Assembly: GCA_965277285.1 (NCBI GenBank) | Contig: OZ255721.1 | Coordinates: 2,272,001 to 2,336,000, forward strand | Direction of reading: 5' to 3' | DNA: 64,000 bases | Source: Abditibacteriaceae bacterium | GTDB taxonomy: Bacteria; Armatimonadota; Abditibacteriia; Abditibacteriales; Abditibacteriaceae | In this document: positions 40,968 through 51,374 of the stretch, piece by piece | How the letters are laid out: every line of letters starts with the position of its first letter | How positions within the stretch are numbered: position 1 is the stretch's first letter | Notes under the pieces: model-generated | The model's input: the letters and a program-made list of their open reading frames with translations, nothing else | What the model was told of the DNA's origin: nothing | The model's database searches: none | Made by a program: the position numbers and the translations under genes

Positions 40968-41080
40968 GGCGCAGACCTTGAGTTGCGAGGACATGAAGCG
41001 TGTTCTGGATTGCGCACATCAATCGAATTCGCGCAGCACGCAAAACGGATTATCACGTATGGGCGGAACTCTTAGCGGTA

Positions 41081-41127
41081 AAACGAAAGACCGAACATCG
41101 AGTACTCGATTGTTCGGTCTTTCGTTT
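41081..41127 (-). terminator. Hairpin downstream of tRNA-Leu, centred on TCGAGTACTCGA
   Basis: AAACGAAAGACCGAACA-TCGAGTACTCGA-T-TGTTCGGTCTTTCGTTT. Confidence 0.8.
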
Positions 41128-41131
41128 GGGA

Positions 41132-41213
41132 TGCCTCCGGTCGGGGTCGAACCGACACTTCCGAAGAAACTGGATTTTGAGTCCAGCGCGTCTGCCAATT
41201 CCGCCACAGAGGC
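41132..41213 (-). tRNA. tRNA-Leu (anticodon CAA), CCA not encoded
   Basis: GCCTCTGTGGCGGAATTGGCAGACGCGCTGGACTCAAAATCCAG...GGTTCGACCCCGACCGGAGGCA. Long variable arm, acceptor stem pairs. Confidence 0.96.
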
Positions 41214-41248
41214 TTGTCGCTCCCACACGTCTGTAGAAGCAGAACAAA

Positions 41249-41277
41249 ATTATAAAGCAAAAGCGTCGCGTTGTCAA
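41249..41277 (-). promoter_or_regulatory. Consensus sigma70 promoter for tRNA-Leu
   Basis: TTGACA-17 bp-TATAAT on the minus strand. Confidence 0.88.
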
Positions 41278-41473
41278 CAAACTTTGGCGCTAAACCAAAT
41301 GGATTCATCAGATAAGTTGCGCTGAGGAATCGAGTACTCGATTCGCCTGTTTGCGTTTTGTCCTTGAACCATCTACGATAAAGCCAAGTTGTAAAAAATC
41401 ACAATGTGTCGGGAACAAAAAAGCAGGACGCGCGGTCAGGTCTTTCACGAAGCACCAAACGAAGAGGAAATCT

Positions 41474-44400
41474 ATGAACATTCCGTCTCTGAACACTCCG
41501 ACGAAAAAATGGAAAAACGCGCTGCTAACAACCCTGGCCTGCGCCGCGATTTGCACCGGCAGCCAAAACGCTCAGGCGCGACGCGTCATCTTCCGACCCG
41601 CGCAACCCGCCACATCTTCCACCACCATGCCACGCGACCAAGTCTCCACTGGAAACCCCGAAGCCGACCGCGCCTGGAACGAAGGCTCCTATGCGCGCGC
41701 CCTCACGCTGTATCAAGCCGCCATGAAAAACGGCGGCAGCGACGAAATCGAATATCGCGTCGCGGTTTGTCTGGGCAAAACCGAAGACTGGGACAACGCG
41801 ATTGCCGCTGGCGAAGCCTTAATCGCTAAGAACACGCAACAAAAAGCGCGCGCCTTGTATTGGCTGGGACGTTTGTACACCGTTGTGCCGCACGAAGGTT
41901 ATCAAGTCGGCAACCGCATTTATCGCGGCGAAGATTATCCCGTTATCAAAGGCGCCGAAAAGCCACAGCAAATCTCGACCGACGACACCGACGCCAAGAA
42001 AACGCTGAGCTACTTCGAGCAGGCCAAACTTCAGGCGCAAAAAGATCGCTATCTGATGTCGGTGGCCAAGTTCCGCACCGCGCCGCGCTTCCTTTCGACT
42101 GCCGAAGAAAACGATCTCAATTTCGACCTTGCGGCGTGGCTGCCGACGCAGCAATTCGACGACTTCATCAAAGACCTGGAAGCCGGAAAGAACCTGGGCG
42201 CGATGGTTGATGCGAACGCCAATTACGACACCACATGGAACTTGCCAACCAAAGTTCTTTATCTGTACAACCAGATTCGAGTACTCGATAATGGTCAAAC
42301 CGAGCAATCGCCCTTGTCGTTGTTCGCCAAAGGCTTGTTCGTGCGCGCTTATCGCCAGCGCATGGATCAATGGGCGCCGAAGTATGATGATGTCAAAAAA
42401 CAAACCATCGTGCGCCCGTATCCTTTCGACAAACTGGATGCGATCCCGATCTGGGAACAATTGGTGCGCGATTTCCCAAGTTCGTCGGTCGCCGATAAGA
42501 CGCAATTTACCATCGCGCAAACCTGGCAGCAGCGCAACGATCAGGTGAAGTCGCTGGTCGCCTATCATCGAGTACTCGAATTGTTCCCCAAATCGAAGTG
42601 GACGAGCGACGCGCGCGCGCAAATCCAGCAAATCACCAAGCACGAAATCTCGATTTATTCGCAGACCGCGCAAAAGCCCGGCGTCGCCGCGACCTTCAAC
42701 TTGTCGACGCGCAACCTCAAAACCATTCGCTTCGCGGCTTACAAAATCCGCCTGGAAGATGTGTTGACGCAAACCGCCAAATTGAATAATGGCAGCACGC
42801 ATTTCACGAGCTTTGCCGAGAACTTCGGCGCCATTGATGCGGCGCAAAAAGCCGCGGGCGCGCCGGTTGCGAACTGGACTTTCAACGCCAAAGACAAAGG
42901 CGATTATCAAGGTACGACCGAAACCATTTCTTCACCGTTGAAGAATTTAGGCGCTTATCTGGTTGTGGCGCAAAGCGATAGCGTCAAGACGGCGCAAATC
43001 GTCGTGATTTCCGATTTGATGCTGCTCAAGAAAACCGACCGCGACAGCGCCTTTGTTTACGTCGCCGATGCCGCGAGCGGGCAGCCGATTTCCGGCGCCA
43101 ATGTCGTCTTGAAGGAAAGCTACTGGCAGGACAGCGCCTACAAAGCGGACTGGAAAAAAGGCGCCAGCGATGCGCAAGGTTTCTATGATAAGAAATCGAT
43201 TCGCAGCGCGAGCATTTACAACACGCAAGTCGAAGGTTTCGCCTGGATGGGCGACCGTTACGCGCTGACCGGACAAACTTACAACGGTTATTACGGCGAC
43301 AACACGGCGGAAATGAAGATTTATTCTTACACCGACCGACCGGTTTATCGTCCGTCGCAAAAAGTCTATTTTCGCCAGATTTTGACGCAGCGCATCGCCG
43401 ACGCGCAGGCCAACAGCGAAACCGTCGGCGATCAGCAGCCCGCGAAAAACGTCAAAGTCGAAGTCACGGTTTCCAATCCCAAAGGCGAAACAATTTACGA
43501 CAAAACGCTGACGACTTCCGAGTTCGGAACCATCAACGGCGACTTCGATTTGCCAGACGGCGCGCCGCTTGGCGAGTACTCGATCCAGGCGCAAGTGCCG
43601 CAAACCAATCAATATGTGGCGGCCAGCGGCGGCAATCGTTTTCGCGTCGAAGAATACAAGCGACCCGAATTTCAAGTCAGCGTCGATGCGCCGGATCACG
43701 CGGTTCGTCCCGGCGAAACGGTCGCGGCGAAGATTAACGCGAAGTATTACTTTGGCGCGCCCGTTCCCAACGCGACCGTGAAATATACGGTTCGCCGCTC
43801 GACGTGGTGGGCTTCGTACCAATTCCCAACGCCGTATGATTGGTTGTGGAGCTACTGGGGAACCGGCGATTATGACACCGGACGGCGCAACATCGGTGGC
43901 GAAGGTTCGGGCACCATTGTCAAAGAAGGCACCGTCAAAACCGACAATGAAGGCAACGCCGAAGTCAACTTTACGGCGACTGAAGACAAGACAACGGTTG
44001 ATCCCAACGATTGGTGGCGTCGTTATCAGAATCCGCTTTACACGATTGAAGCCAGCGTGACGGATCAAAGCCGTCGCACCATTGAAGGGCAGGGCGAAGT
44101 GCGCTTATCGAAGCAACAATACTTCGCATTTTTGAACACCAAAGGCGGCTTTTTCCAGCAGGGCGACCGCGTTCCCGTCGAAATTCGCATTCAGGACGCC
44201 AACGATAAGCCACTGGCGGCCAACGGCAAAATGGTGGTTTACAAAGAATTGCTCGGCGACAAGGAAGATCGAGTACTCGAATCGCCGATTTCGATTGATA
44301 AAAGCGGCGCTGCTTTCTGGACGTGGAACAACGATCAGGGCGGACAGTTCCGCATCGCTTACGAAGCGACCGACGCGTGGGGCAATAAAGTCGAAGCGTC

Positions 44401-47400
44401 GACCAACGTCTGGATTGCGGGCAAAGATTTGGACACCACGCAGTTCCGCTTGCAAGGCGTGACGATTGTGCTGGACAAGCGCAGTTATCAGGAAGGCGAA
44501 ACGTTGCGCGCCTTGATTGTCGCCGATCAGCCGGACACGACAGTCTTGTTTACGCAGGAAGCGGGCGGCGATATTTTGAAGCGCCAACTGATTCACATCA
44601 GTGGCAAAAGCGAGGTTGTCGAAATTCCGATTGAACACAAGCACGTCCCCAACTTTTCGTTGGCGGCGGCGCTGGTGAAGAACTACGAGGTTTATCAGGA
44701 TCAGGAAGACGTTTTCGTGCCGCCGGTTCAGCAGCTCATCAACGTTTCGGTCAAGGGCGACAAAGACGAATATAAGCCGGGCGAAACCGGAACTTTCACC
44801 GTCACCGCGACCGATTGGAAAGGTCGTCCGGCGCGCGCCGAAGTTTCGCTCGCCTTGATTGATGCCAGTTTGTTCTACATCCAGAAAAACTACGCGCCCG
44901 ATGTGCGTACTTTTTATTACGGCGAGCGCCGCGCCAATAGCGTCAACTTGGATTCGAGCCGCAGCGGGCAAGTGCAAGCTCAAAACGAAGACGATAATGC
45001 GTATGGCAAATACGACCAGCACAACTGGGAATTGCCTGATGGTTTGGGGCAATTGAACCTCGATCCCGCTGGCTGGAGTTATTACGGATATTACAGAGAT
45101 TATGACGGCGCGCCTGGCGGACTTCGCGCTCGTCGCGGCGCTGTGATGGTGGCTGGGAATATGGCTGAAGATTCGGTGTCATCATCGCCATCTGCGGCTC
45201 CGGCCATGCCAGCGATGTCGGTTGCGAAGGCATCAGGCGGGGCACGCTCTCCGATTCTCGCCGACATTCCCTTAAACGGCGCGTTGTTTCGCTCCAAGCT
45301 TGCTGACCGCGACGAATCGGGCCATGGAAATGGATTGGTCGCGGCGCAAACGCGCAGCAACTTCGCTGAAACCGCGTTCTGGTCGCCCGCCGTCGTCACC
45401 GATAATGGAAGCGCGACCGTCAAAGTGACGTTTCCCGATTCGCTGACGCAATGGCACGCCACAGCGCGCGGCCTGACTGAGAAAACGCAAGTCGGCAGCG
45501 GCGAAAGCGATGTCGAAACCAAAAAGAACTTGCTCGTTCGCCTACAATCTCCGCGCTTCTTCACGCAACGCGACCAGGTTGTTCTTTCGGCCAACGTTCA
45601 CAACTACTTGAAAACCGACAAGCAAGTGAAAGTCTCGCTCGATCTGGGCGATGGCTTGAAACTGAGCAACCCAGCCGGAACGCGCGATGTTGCACTAACG
45701 GATTCCTCGGCGACGGACAGCACCACTTTGATGAATACGTCCGGTTTCGTCACCGTCAAAGCAGGTCAGGAAATGCGCGTCAATTGGCTGGTCGATGCGA
45801 CGCAAGATGGCACGTCGAAAATCAAGATGACGGCGCAAACTGATGAAGAATCGGATGCGGTGGAGATGAGTTTTCCGGTTGTTGTGCATGGCGTGCAGCG
45901 TTTCGCCAATCAAAGCGGCGTCTTGCGCGATGGCACCAAACAAGTCATCGACATCAACATTCCCAAAGAACGTCGCCTGGGTGCCAGCACGTTGAATGTT
46001 CAACTGAACCCGAGTTTGGCAGCCACGATGTTGGACGCGCTGCCGTATCTCGCGGATTATCCGTATGGCTGCGTCGAGCAAACTATGTCGCGCTTTTTGC
46101 CGACCGTTGTCGCCGAAAGGACGCTCAAAGAAAGTGGCGTCAATCTCGACACGTTGCGCCAGCGCGCGCAGGCTTACAAAGCGGAATCGAGTACTCGACC
46201 GCTGGGCGAGCGCATCAAAAACACGGGTTACACGTATCCGACGGGAATGCCGAACTCGCGCGACCTGACGCAAATGGCCAGTCAAATGTGGTTCTGGGGA
46301 CGCACCAATAACCCAATTTACGACAAAGCCACGATGGACAAAATGACCGCCGATGGCTTGAGCCGCCTGTATGAAATGCAGCGCGACGATGGCGGCTGGG
46401 GTTGGTGGCCGGGTTCCGAAGAGAGCGACGAATATATGTCGGCTTACGTCGTTTACGGTCTGACAACGGCGAAAGCGGCGGGCGTTGGCGTCAAAGACGA
46501 TGTGTTGAACAAAGGTTACGATTACCTCGAGGCGCACATCAAAACCGAAGACAACCTGCATTTGCTGGCGTATATGGCGTTCAGCCTGTCACAGCGCGGA
46601 CATTATTCCAAAGCGACGCAAACCATCATCAGCGGGCGCGTTTACGATCAGCGCGAGCGTTTGACGGCTTATTCCAAAGCGTTGCTGGCCTTGACGCTGC
46701 AAAATACCGGCGAAACGGACAAAGCGCAAGTCTTGATTCGCAACCTGGAAAACATCGCCAAAATCGACGAAGAAAACGGCACGGTGCGCTACAAAACTGG
46801 CGCCGATTGGTGGAACTGGTGGAACAACGATGTCGAAACAACTGCTTACGTTCTGCGCGCGTTTTTGAAGATTGAACCACAAAACCGCCTGACGCCGATG
46901 CTGGCGAAATGGCTGGTCACCAACGCACGCGGCAACCATTGGAACTCGACCAAGGAAACCGCCGAAGTCGTTTACGCGCTTTCCGATTATGTGCGCGTCA
47001 ACAAGGAGTTGGACGTTGATTACACTTTGAACGTCAGTTTGAACGGCAAAATCGCGCGCACTTACAAAGTCAACCGCGACAATGCCTTGTTCTTCGATAA
47101 CCGCTTCATGGCGGGCGATTTGTTCCTGCAAGACGGCGTCAACACGGTCACAATTGAAAAGCAAGGTCGCGGCGTCGTCTATTGGAGCGCGGCCAGCGAA
47201 TACTTTTCGCTGGAAGAACCGATTCAGGCGAGCGGCAACGAAATCGGCATCAAGCGCCGCTATTTCAAGCTGACGCACAACCCGAAAGTCAAAGCCGAAC
47301 AGCCAGCTGACAGTGACCAGTCGTCAGTGGTCGGTGAAGAACCGACGGTGAAATCGAGTACTCAAATCGTGCCGACTTCCGACCAAACGGCAACCGAACC

Positions 47401-47776
47401 GGAGTTTCTGCGCAGCGAACTCAAGGACGGCGACACCTTGAAGAGCGGCGATCTGGTCGAAGTCGAACTGACTTTGACCTCGAAAAACGATTATTCGTAT
47501 CTCGTTTTCGAGGATATGAAAGCTGCCGGTTTCGAGCCGGTTGATGTACGCAGCGGCGAAAGTTGGGGCGACGGCTTGAGTTCCAACGTCGAGTTGCGCG
47601 ATGAAAAAGTCGCGTTCTTCGTGGACGATTTGCCGCAGGGCACACGCGTTCTTCGTTATCAAGTGCGCGCCGAGATTCCGGGACAATTCCACGCTTTGCC
47701 GACCAACGGCTACGCGATGTATGCGCCCGAAGTCCGCGCCATCTCCGACGAAATGCGCTTAAACGTCACCGATTGA
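41474..47776 (+). CDS. Bacterial alpha-2-macroglobulin family protein with N-terminal TPR-like repeats
   Basis: YTDRPVYRP (MG2), FRVEEYKRPEF, bait-like low-complexity region, thioester motif PYGCVEQ, C-terminal ELRDEKVAFF. About 2100 aa. Confidence 0.93.
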   Translation: MNIPSLNTPTKKWKNALLTTLACAAICTGSQNAQARRVIFRPAQPATSSTTMPRDQVSTGNPEADRAWNEGSYARALTLYQAAMKNGGSDEIEYRVAVCLGKTEDWDNAIAAGEALIAKNTQQKARALYWLGRLYTVVPHEGYQVGNRIYRGEDYPVIKGAEKPQQISTDDTDAKKTLSYFEQAKLQAQKDRYLMSVAKFRTAPRFLSTAEENDLNFDLAAWLPTQQFDDFIKDLEAGKNLGAMVDANANYDTTWNLPTKVLYLYNQIRVLDNGQTEQSPLSLFAKGLFVRAYRQRMDQWAPKYDDVKKQTIVRPYPFDKLDAIPIWEQLVRDFPSSSVADKTQFTIAQTWQQRNDQVKSLVAYHRVLELFPKSKWTSDARAQIQQITKHEISIYSQTAQKPGVAATFNLSTRNLKTIRFAAYKIRLEDVLTQTAKLNNGSTHFTSFAENFGAIDAAQKAAGAPVANWTFNAKDKGDYQGTTETISSPLKNLGAYLVVAQSDSVKTAQIVVISDLMLLKKTDRDSAFVYVADAASGQPISGANVVLKESYWQDSAYKADWKKGASDAQGFYDKKSIRSASIYNTQVEGFAWMGDRYALTGQTYNGYYGDNTAEMKIYSYTDRPVYRPSQKVYFRQILTQRIADAQANSETVGDQQPAKNVKVEVTVSNPKGETIYDKTLTTSEFGTINGDFDLPDGAPLGEYSIQAQVPQTNQYVAASGGNRFRVEEYKRPEFQVSVDAPDHAVRPGETVAAKINAKYYFGAPVPNATVKYTVRRSTWWASYQFPTPYDWLWSYWGTGDYDTGRRNIGGEGSGTIVKEGTVKTDNEGNAEVNFTATEDKTTVDPNDWWRRYQNPLYTIEASVTDQSRRTIEGQGEVRLSKQQYFAFLNTKGGFFQQGDRVPVEIRIQDANDKPLAANGKMVVYKELLGDKEDRVLESPISIDKSGAAFWTWNNDQGGQFRIAYEATDAWGNKVEASTNVWIAGKDLDTTQFRLQGVTIVLDKRSYQEGETLRALIVADQPDTTVLFTQEAGGDILKRQLIHISGKSEVVEIPIEHKHVPNFSLAAALVKNYEVYQDQEDVFVPPVQQLINVSVKGDKDEYKPGETGTFTVTATDWKGRPARAEVSLALIDASLFYIQKNYAPDVRTFYYGERRANSVNLDSSRSGQVQAQNEDDNAYGKYDQHNWELPDGLGQLNLDPAGWSYYGYYRDYDGAPGGLRARRGAVMVAGNMAEDSVSSSPSAAPAMPAMSVAKASGGARSPILADIPLNGALFRSKLADRDESGHGNGLVAAQTRSNFAETAFWSPAVVTDNGSATVKVTFPDSLTQWHATARGLTEKTQVGSGESDVETKKNLLVRLQSPRFFTQRDQVVLSANVHNYLKTDKQVKVSLDLGDGLKLSNPAGTRDVALTDSSATDSTTLMNTSGFVTVKAGQEMRVNWLVDATQDGTSKIKMTAQTDEESDAVEMSFPVVVHGVQRFANQSGVLRDGTKQVIDINIPKERRLGASTLNVQLNPSLAATMLDALPYLADYPYGCVEQTMSRFLPTVVAERTLKESGVNLDTLRQRAQAYKAESSTRPLGERIKNTGYTYPTGMPNSRDLTQMASQMWFWGRTNNPIYDKATMDKMTADGLSRLYEMQRDDGGWGWWPGSEESDEYMSAYVVYGLTTAKAAGVGVKDDVLNKGYDYLEAHIKTEDNLHLLAYMAFSLSQRGHYSKATQTIISGRVYDQRERLTAYSKALLALTLQNTGETDKAQVLIRNLENIAKIDEENGTVRYKTGADWWNWWNNDVETTAYVLRAFLKIEPQNRLTPMLAKWLVTNARGNHWNSTKETAEVVYALSDYVRVNKELDVDYTLNVSLNGKIARTYKVNRDNALFFDNRFMAGDLFLQDGVNTVTIEKQGRGVVYWSAASEYFSLEEPIQASGNEIGIKRRYFKLTHNPKVKAEQPADSDQSSVVGEEPTVKSSTQIVPTSDQTATEPEFLRSELKDGDTLKSGDLVEVELTLTSKNDYSYLVFEDMKAAGFEPVDVRSGESWGDGLSSNVELRDEKVAFFVDDLPQGTRVLRYQVRAEIPGQFHALPTNGYAMYAPEVRAISDEMRLNVTD

Positions 47777-47778
47777 TT

Positions 47779-47865
47779 GTAGGGGTTTGGCGCGCCAAAC
47801 CCGACGTACACAATATCGAGTACTCGAAACACGATGAGATCGGCTGCGGCTGGTCTCATCGTGTT
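47779..47865 (+). terminator. GTAG-type REP, iterated palindrome and terminator hairpin after the A2M gene
   Basis: GTAGGGGTTTGGCGCGCCAAACCC at 47779, motif at 47816, AACACGATGAGA...TCTCATCGTGTT at 47828-47865. Confidence 0.6.
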
Positions 47866-48056
47866 GTGTTTTGTGATAATTGCGGACACACTCCAGAACC
47901 CCGAACGTAAGTGAGGGGCTAACGTAGCATTGATTTTAGCCCCTCACTTACGTTCGGGGTTCTGCAATGTGCCTTCCTCCTGCGACTGCTTCATTGCCCA
48001 AAGTCAGTGTTTGAAATATAAAACAATTGTCAAATCAAAGTACGAGGAATCATTTC

Positions 48057-49337
48057 ATGTTGGTTTTACCTGATGAAAAAAGTGCAAACCGGTTGGATGT
48101 CGAGGCCTCAGACGACGCACAAAAATGGCAGTTGGTGTGGTCGGATGAGTTCGATCAGCCAGGCGCAATTGACCCTGATAAATGGACGTGGGAAATTGGC
48201 GGCGGCGGTTGGGGCAATAACGAATCGCAATATTATACCGACAATCGACCTGCAAACTGTCGCGTCGAGATGTTTCCCGATGGCAAAAACAGCCGCTTAG
48301 TTATCGAGGCGCGCAAAGAATCGTTTGAAGGCAAAAACTATACATCGGCGCGTTTGAAAAGCGTGGGCAACTGGGCTTATGGGCGTCTGGAAGTACGCGC
48401 GAAATTGCCGACGGGACGCGGCTTGTGGCCAGCGATTTGGATGCTACCGACCGAGTGGAGTTATGGCAACGGCGGCTGGCCCGACAACGGCGAAATCGAT
48501 ATCATGGAGCAAATCGGGCTGGAGCCAAATACGATTCACGCGACCGTGCATACCAAACTTTTCAACCACAACATCAGCACGCAAGTCGGAACGCAGACGA
48601 TTGTCGAAACCGCCACCAGCGACTTCAATACTTACGTTTTGGAATGGCGTCCGCATCAAATCGCTATGTTCGTGAACGACCTGCGCTATTTCACCTTCGA
48701 CCGCCAGGGGCGCGATTGGCAAGCGTTTCCCTTCGATAAGAACTTTGGGCTGCTCCTCAACATCGCAGTTGGCGGCAACTGGGGCGGCAAAAAAGGCATC
48801 GACGACACAGTTTTTCCACAACGCATGGAAGTGGAATATGTGCGCTTTTACAAGATGGTTTCGACACCTTTTGGCGCGATGCCGATTCATTTGCCAGGAC
48901 GAATCGAAGCCGCACAATACGACAATGGCAGCGAAGGTTTCGCTTTTCACAATGCGGATTTTATTGATAGCAGCGAACAATTACTGGCAACGGATGTAAA
49001 TAGCAAGGTCAATCGAGACGACAATTCCGGCCAACATATCGCCAGAATGGACACCGACGATTGGCTGACTTATTCCGTTGATGTCGCCAAAAGCGCCGAT
49101 TATGGTTTCACTTTTTGTGTCAGCAGCCCTTATGACGAAAAAGCCTTTTACATCGAAGTGGACGACAAGCGCGCCACGCCCGACATCACGGTTCCCAATA
49201 CCGGCGGTTGGGGCGAATGGCAAAGCGTTTCCTGCGACAAAGTTCACCTGATGCAAGGCGCCCACAAAATTCGCCTGGTATCGCAAACCGATGGCTACAA
49301 CCTGAACTGGATCGACGTTTGGGACGCTGAATCTTAA
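48057..49337 (+). CDS. GH16 beta-glucanase/laminarinase with C-terminal CBM6-like domain
   Basis: WSDEF, WPAIWML, catalytic EIDIME, NIAVGGNW. CBM6-like VPNTGGWGEW..YNLNWI. Confidence 0.9.
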   Translation: MLVLPDEKSANRLDVEASDDAQKWQLVWSDEFDQPGAIDPDKWTWEIGGGGWGNNESQYYTDNRPANCRVEMFPDGKNSRLVIEARKESFEGKNYTSARLKSVGNWAYGRLEVRAKLPTGRGLWPAIWMLPTEWSYGNGGWPDNGEIDIMEQIGLEPNTIHATVHTKLFNHNISTQVGTQTIVETATSDFNTYVLEWRPHQIAMFVNDLRYFTFDRQGRDWQAFPFDKNFGLLLNIAVGGNWGGKKGIDDTVFPQRMEVEYVRFYKMVSTPFGAMPIHLPGRIEAAQYDNGSEGFAFHNADFIDSSEQLLATDVNSKVNRDDNSGQHIARMDTDDWLTYSVDVAKSADYGFTFCVSSPYDEKAFYIEVDDKRATPDITVPNTGGWGEWQSVSCDKVHLMQGAHKIRLVSQTDGYNLNWIDVWDAES

Positions 49338-49415
49338 ACATTTGCGAAGACAAGGAAAAACGGGACGATTGATTTGGTCGTCCCGCTTTCTGCTATGTGG
49401 CGCTAAACTATCGCC

Positions 49416-51368
49416 ATGAAAATCGCGCCAATTGTCACTTTTATTTTGTTGCTCGGCACATCGAGTACTCGATTGCTTGCCACGCCTGAACCGGCGCAGC
49501 GCGCGGACGATTTCGTAGATCGCATCGGCGTGGCGACGCACTGGGGTTATGGCGATACGCCGTATGGTTTCGCTTATGGCAGCGTGAAAAAACTGCTGGG
49601 CGACAGTGGCATTCGTCATATGCGCGATGACCTGCAGCCGCGCGAACGCGACTTGTTCAACACTTATGGCATCAAGGCGACGACACTTTTCGCGCCGCCA
49701 GAAAAGCCTTCCAATGTCGTCGCTCGTGTCAAGCAGAACCTCGATTTTATCGAGATGATCGAAGGGCCGAATGAAGTCGATATTTTTCCTAACAATGCCA
49801 AATACAACGGCAAAACGTTTCCACAAGGCGCCATTGATTTTCAAAACGACTTGTTCAAAGCGTTGCGCAACGATCCACAAACGAGCAAGCTGCCGATTAT
49901 CGCGCTTTCGGTGGCACGCATGGGATCGAATGGAAAACTGGCGCCGTTGCGCAGTTTCGATTATCTGGCGATGCACTCGTATGCGGGCGGACAAATGCCG
50001 TCGCGCAGCTTGCATGGCGATTTCGCGCCGGCCACGCAAAACGCCGCGCAGATATTGGGCAATGGCGCCGACATCAAACCTGTCGTCGTCACCGAAAGCG
50101 GTTATCACACGGCCACAGGCGCCAATTTGACGATAGGCGGTGTGCAGCCCGGCGTGTCGGAACAGGCGGAGGCGAAATACCTTCCGCGCCATTTCGCCGA
50201 ATACTTCAACGAAGGCATTCGGCGTACTTTTACTTACGAGTTTGTTGATGAATTTCCCGATGAAAGCACCAACGCTGAGGCCAGTTTCGGCATCATACAC
50301 CGCGATTTGACGCCCAAACCAGCCTATTCTGCGTTAAAACGATTGATCTCGGTTTTGCATGAAGCGACCTGGAACGCAGCCACGAAACAATGGACGAAAC
50401 CCGCGTTTGTGCCGCACGCTTTAGACTACGACTTGAGCGACGATACCAAAAACGTTCATCATACTCTGTTGCAAAAAGCCGATGGAACGTTCTATTTGCT
50501 GTTGTGGCAGGAAGTTTCGAGCTACGACACGCGCGCTCAAAAAGATATTTCCAACACGCCGGTCGCAGTCACGCTGAAATTGAGTACTCGAATCGCCAGC
50601 GCGACGGCTTTTGGCATCGGTGAAACGACCAATCCGCAAGAAAATTGGCGCGATCCGCAAACGATTTCGCTGCGTGTTCCCGACGAAGTTTTGGTGGTCG
50701 AACTGAAACCTCAAAAAGTGCCGTCGCTCATCAACATGGCGAACGCCGCGCCGCGCGATTTGAGGGCGACAAGCGCCAGCGGAACTTCGATTTCGCTGAA
50801 CTGGAAAACGTCTTCGTTGGCGCGCAATGGCGGCGGTTATTTCGTGTGGCGCCTGGGAAAATATGTCGGACAAACCTCGACGCCAGGTTTCATCGACAGC
50901 AGCTTGATTCCGGGCGCGGGCTACACATATTCGGTTCAAGCCTATGATAAAGCGGGACGCCTTTCGCCGCTCGTGACAAGAGTTTTGCGCACGAAAAACG
51001 AAAGTCCTGACTTGATTGCAACCGATATTTCGTGGACGCCGCTGCACCCGAAAATCGGTGACAATGTAACGTTTCGCGCGACCGTGAAGAACATCGGCAA
51101 CGGCGCGACGCCATCGGGAACAACGCTTGGAATCGCGTTTTATGTGGACGGCACGTTCGTCAGTTGGTCGGACACCTTCCACGATGCGCTGGCGTCTGGC
51201 GCGATTCGAGTACTCGATGCAAACTCCGGGCCGCAGGGAACTTCTCTCTGGAAAGCTACAGCCGGAGCGCATACTGTTCGCGCGCAAGTGGATGACGTAA
51301 ACCGTATCATCGAAAACGACGAAACCAACAACACGCTGGAGAAAACGCTGATCGTCGGCACCAACTGA
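49416..51368 (+). CDS. Secreted clan GH-A-like hydrolase with FN3 and CARDB domains
   Basis: IEGPNE and VVTESGY (putative catalytic Glu pair). FN3 (SISLNW..YTYSVQAYD) and CARDB (PDLIA..VKNIG..VDDVNRIIENDETNN). Confidence 0.7.
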   Translation: MKIAPIVTFILLLGTSSTRLLATPEPAQRADDFVDRIGVATHWGYGDTPYGFAYGSVKKLLGDSGIRHMRDDLQPRERDLFNTYGIKATTLFAPPEKPSNVVARVKQNLDFIEMIEGPNEVDIFPNNAKYNGKTFPQGAIDFQNDLFKALRNDPQTSKLPIIALSVARMGSNGKLAPLRSFDYLAMHSYAGGQMPSRSLHGDFAPATQNAAQILGNGADIKPVVVTESGYHTATGANLTIGGVQPGVSEQAEAKYLPRHFAEYFNEGIRRTFTYEFVDEFPDESTNAEASFGIIHRDLTPKPAYSALKRLISVLHEATWNAATKQWTKPAFVPHALDYDLSDDTKNVHHTLLQKADGTFYLLLWQEVSSYDTRAQKDISNTPVAVTLKLSTRIASATAFGIGETTNPQENWRDPQTISLRVPDEVLVVELKPQKVPSLINMANAAPRDLRATSASGTSISLNWKTSSLARNGGGYFVWRLGKYVGQTSTPGFIDSSLIPGAGYTYSVQAYDKAGRLSPLVTRVLRTKNESPDLIATDISWTPLHPKIGDNVTFRATVKNIGNGATPSGTTLGIAFYVDGTFVSWSDTFHDALASGAIRVLDANSGPQGTSLWKATAGAHTVRAQVDDVNRIIENDETNNTLEKTLIVGTN

Positions 51369-51374
51369 AATGCC

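Noticed and set aside
41132..41213. Integrative element or prophage at tRNA-Leu
   Set aside because: No integrase, phage gene or duplicated tRNA 3' end was found in the window.
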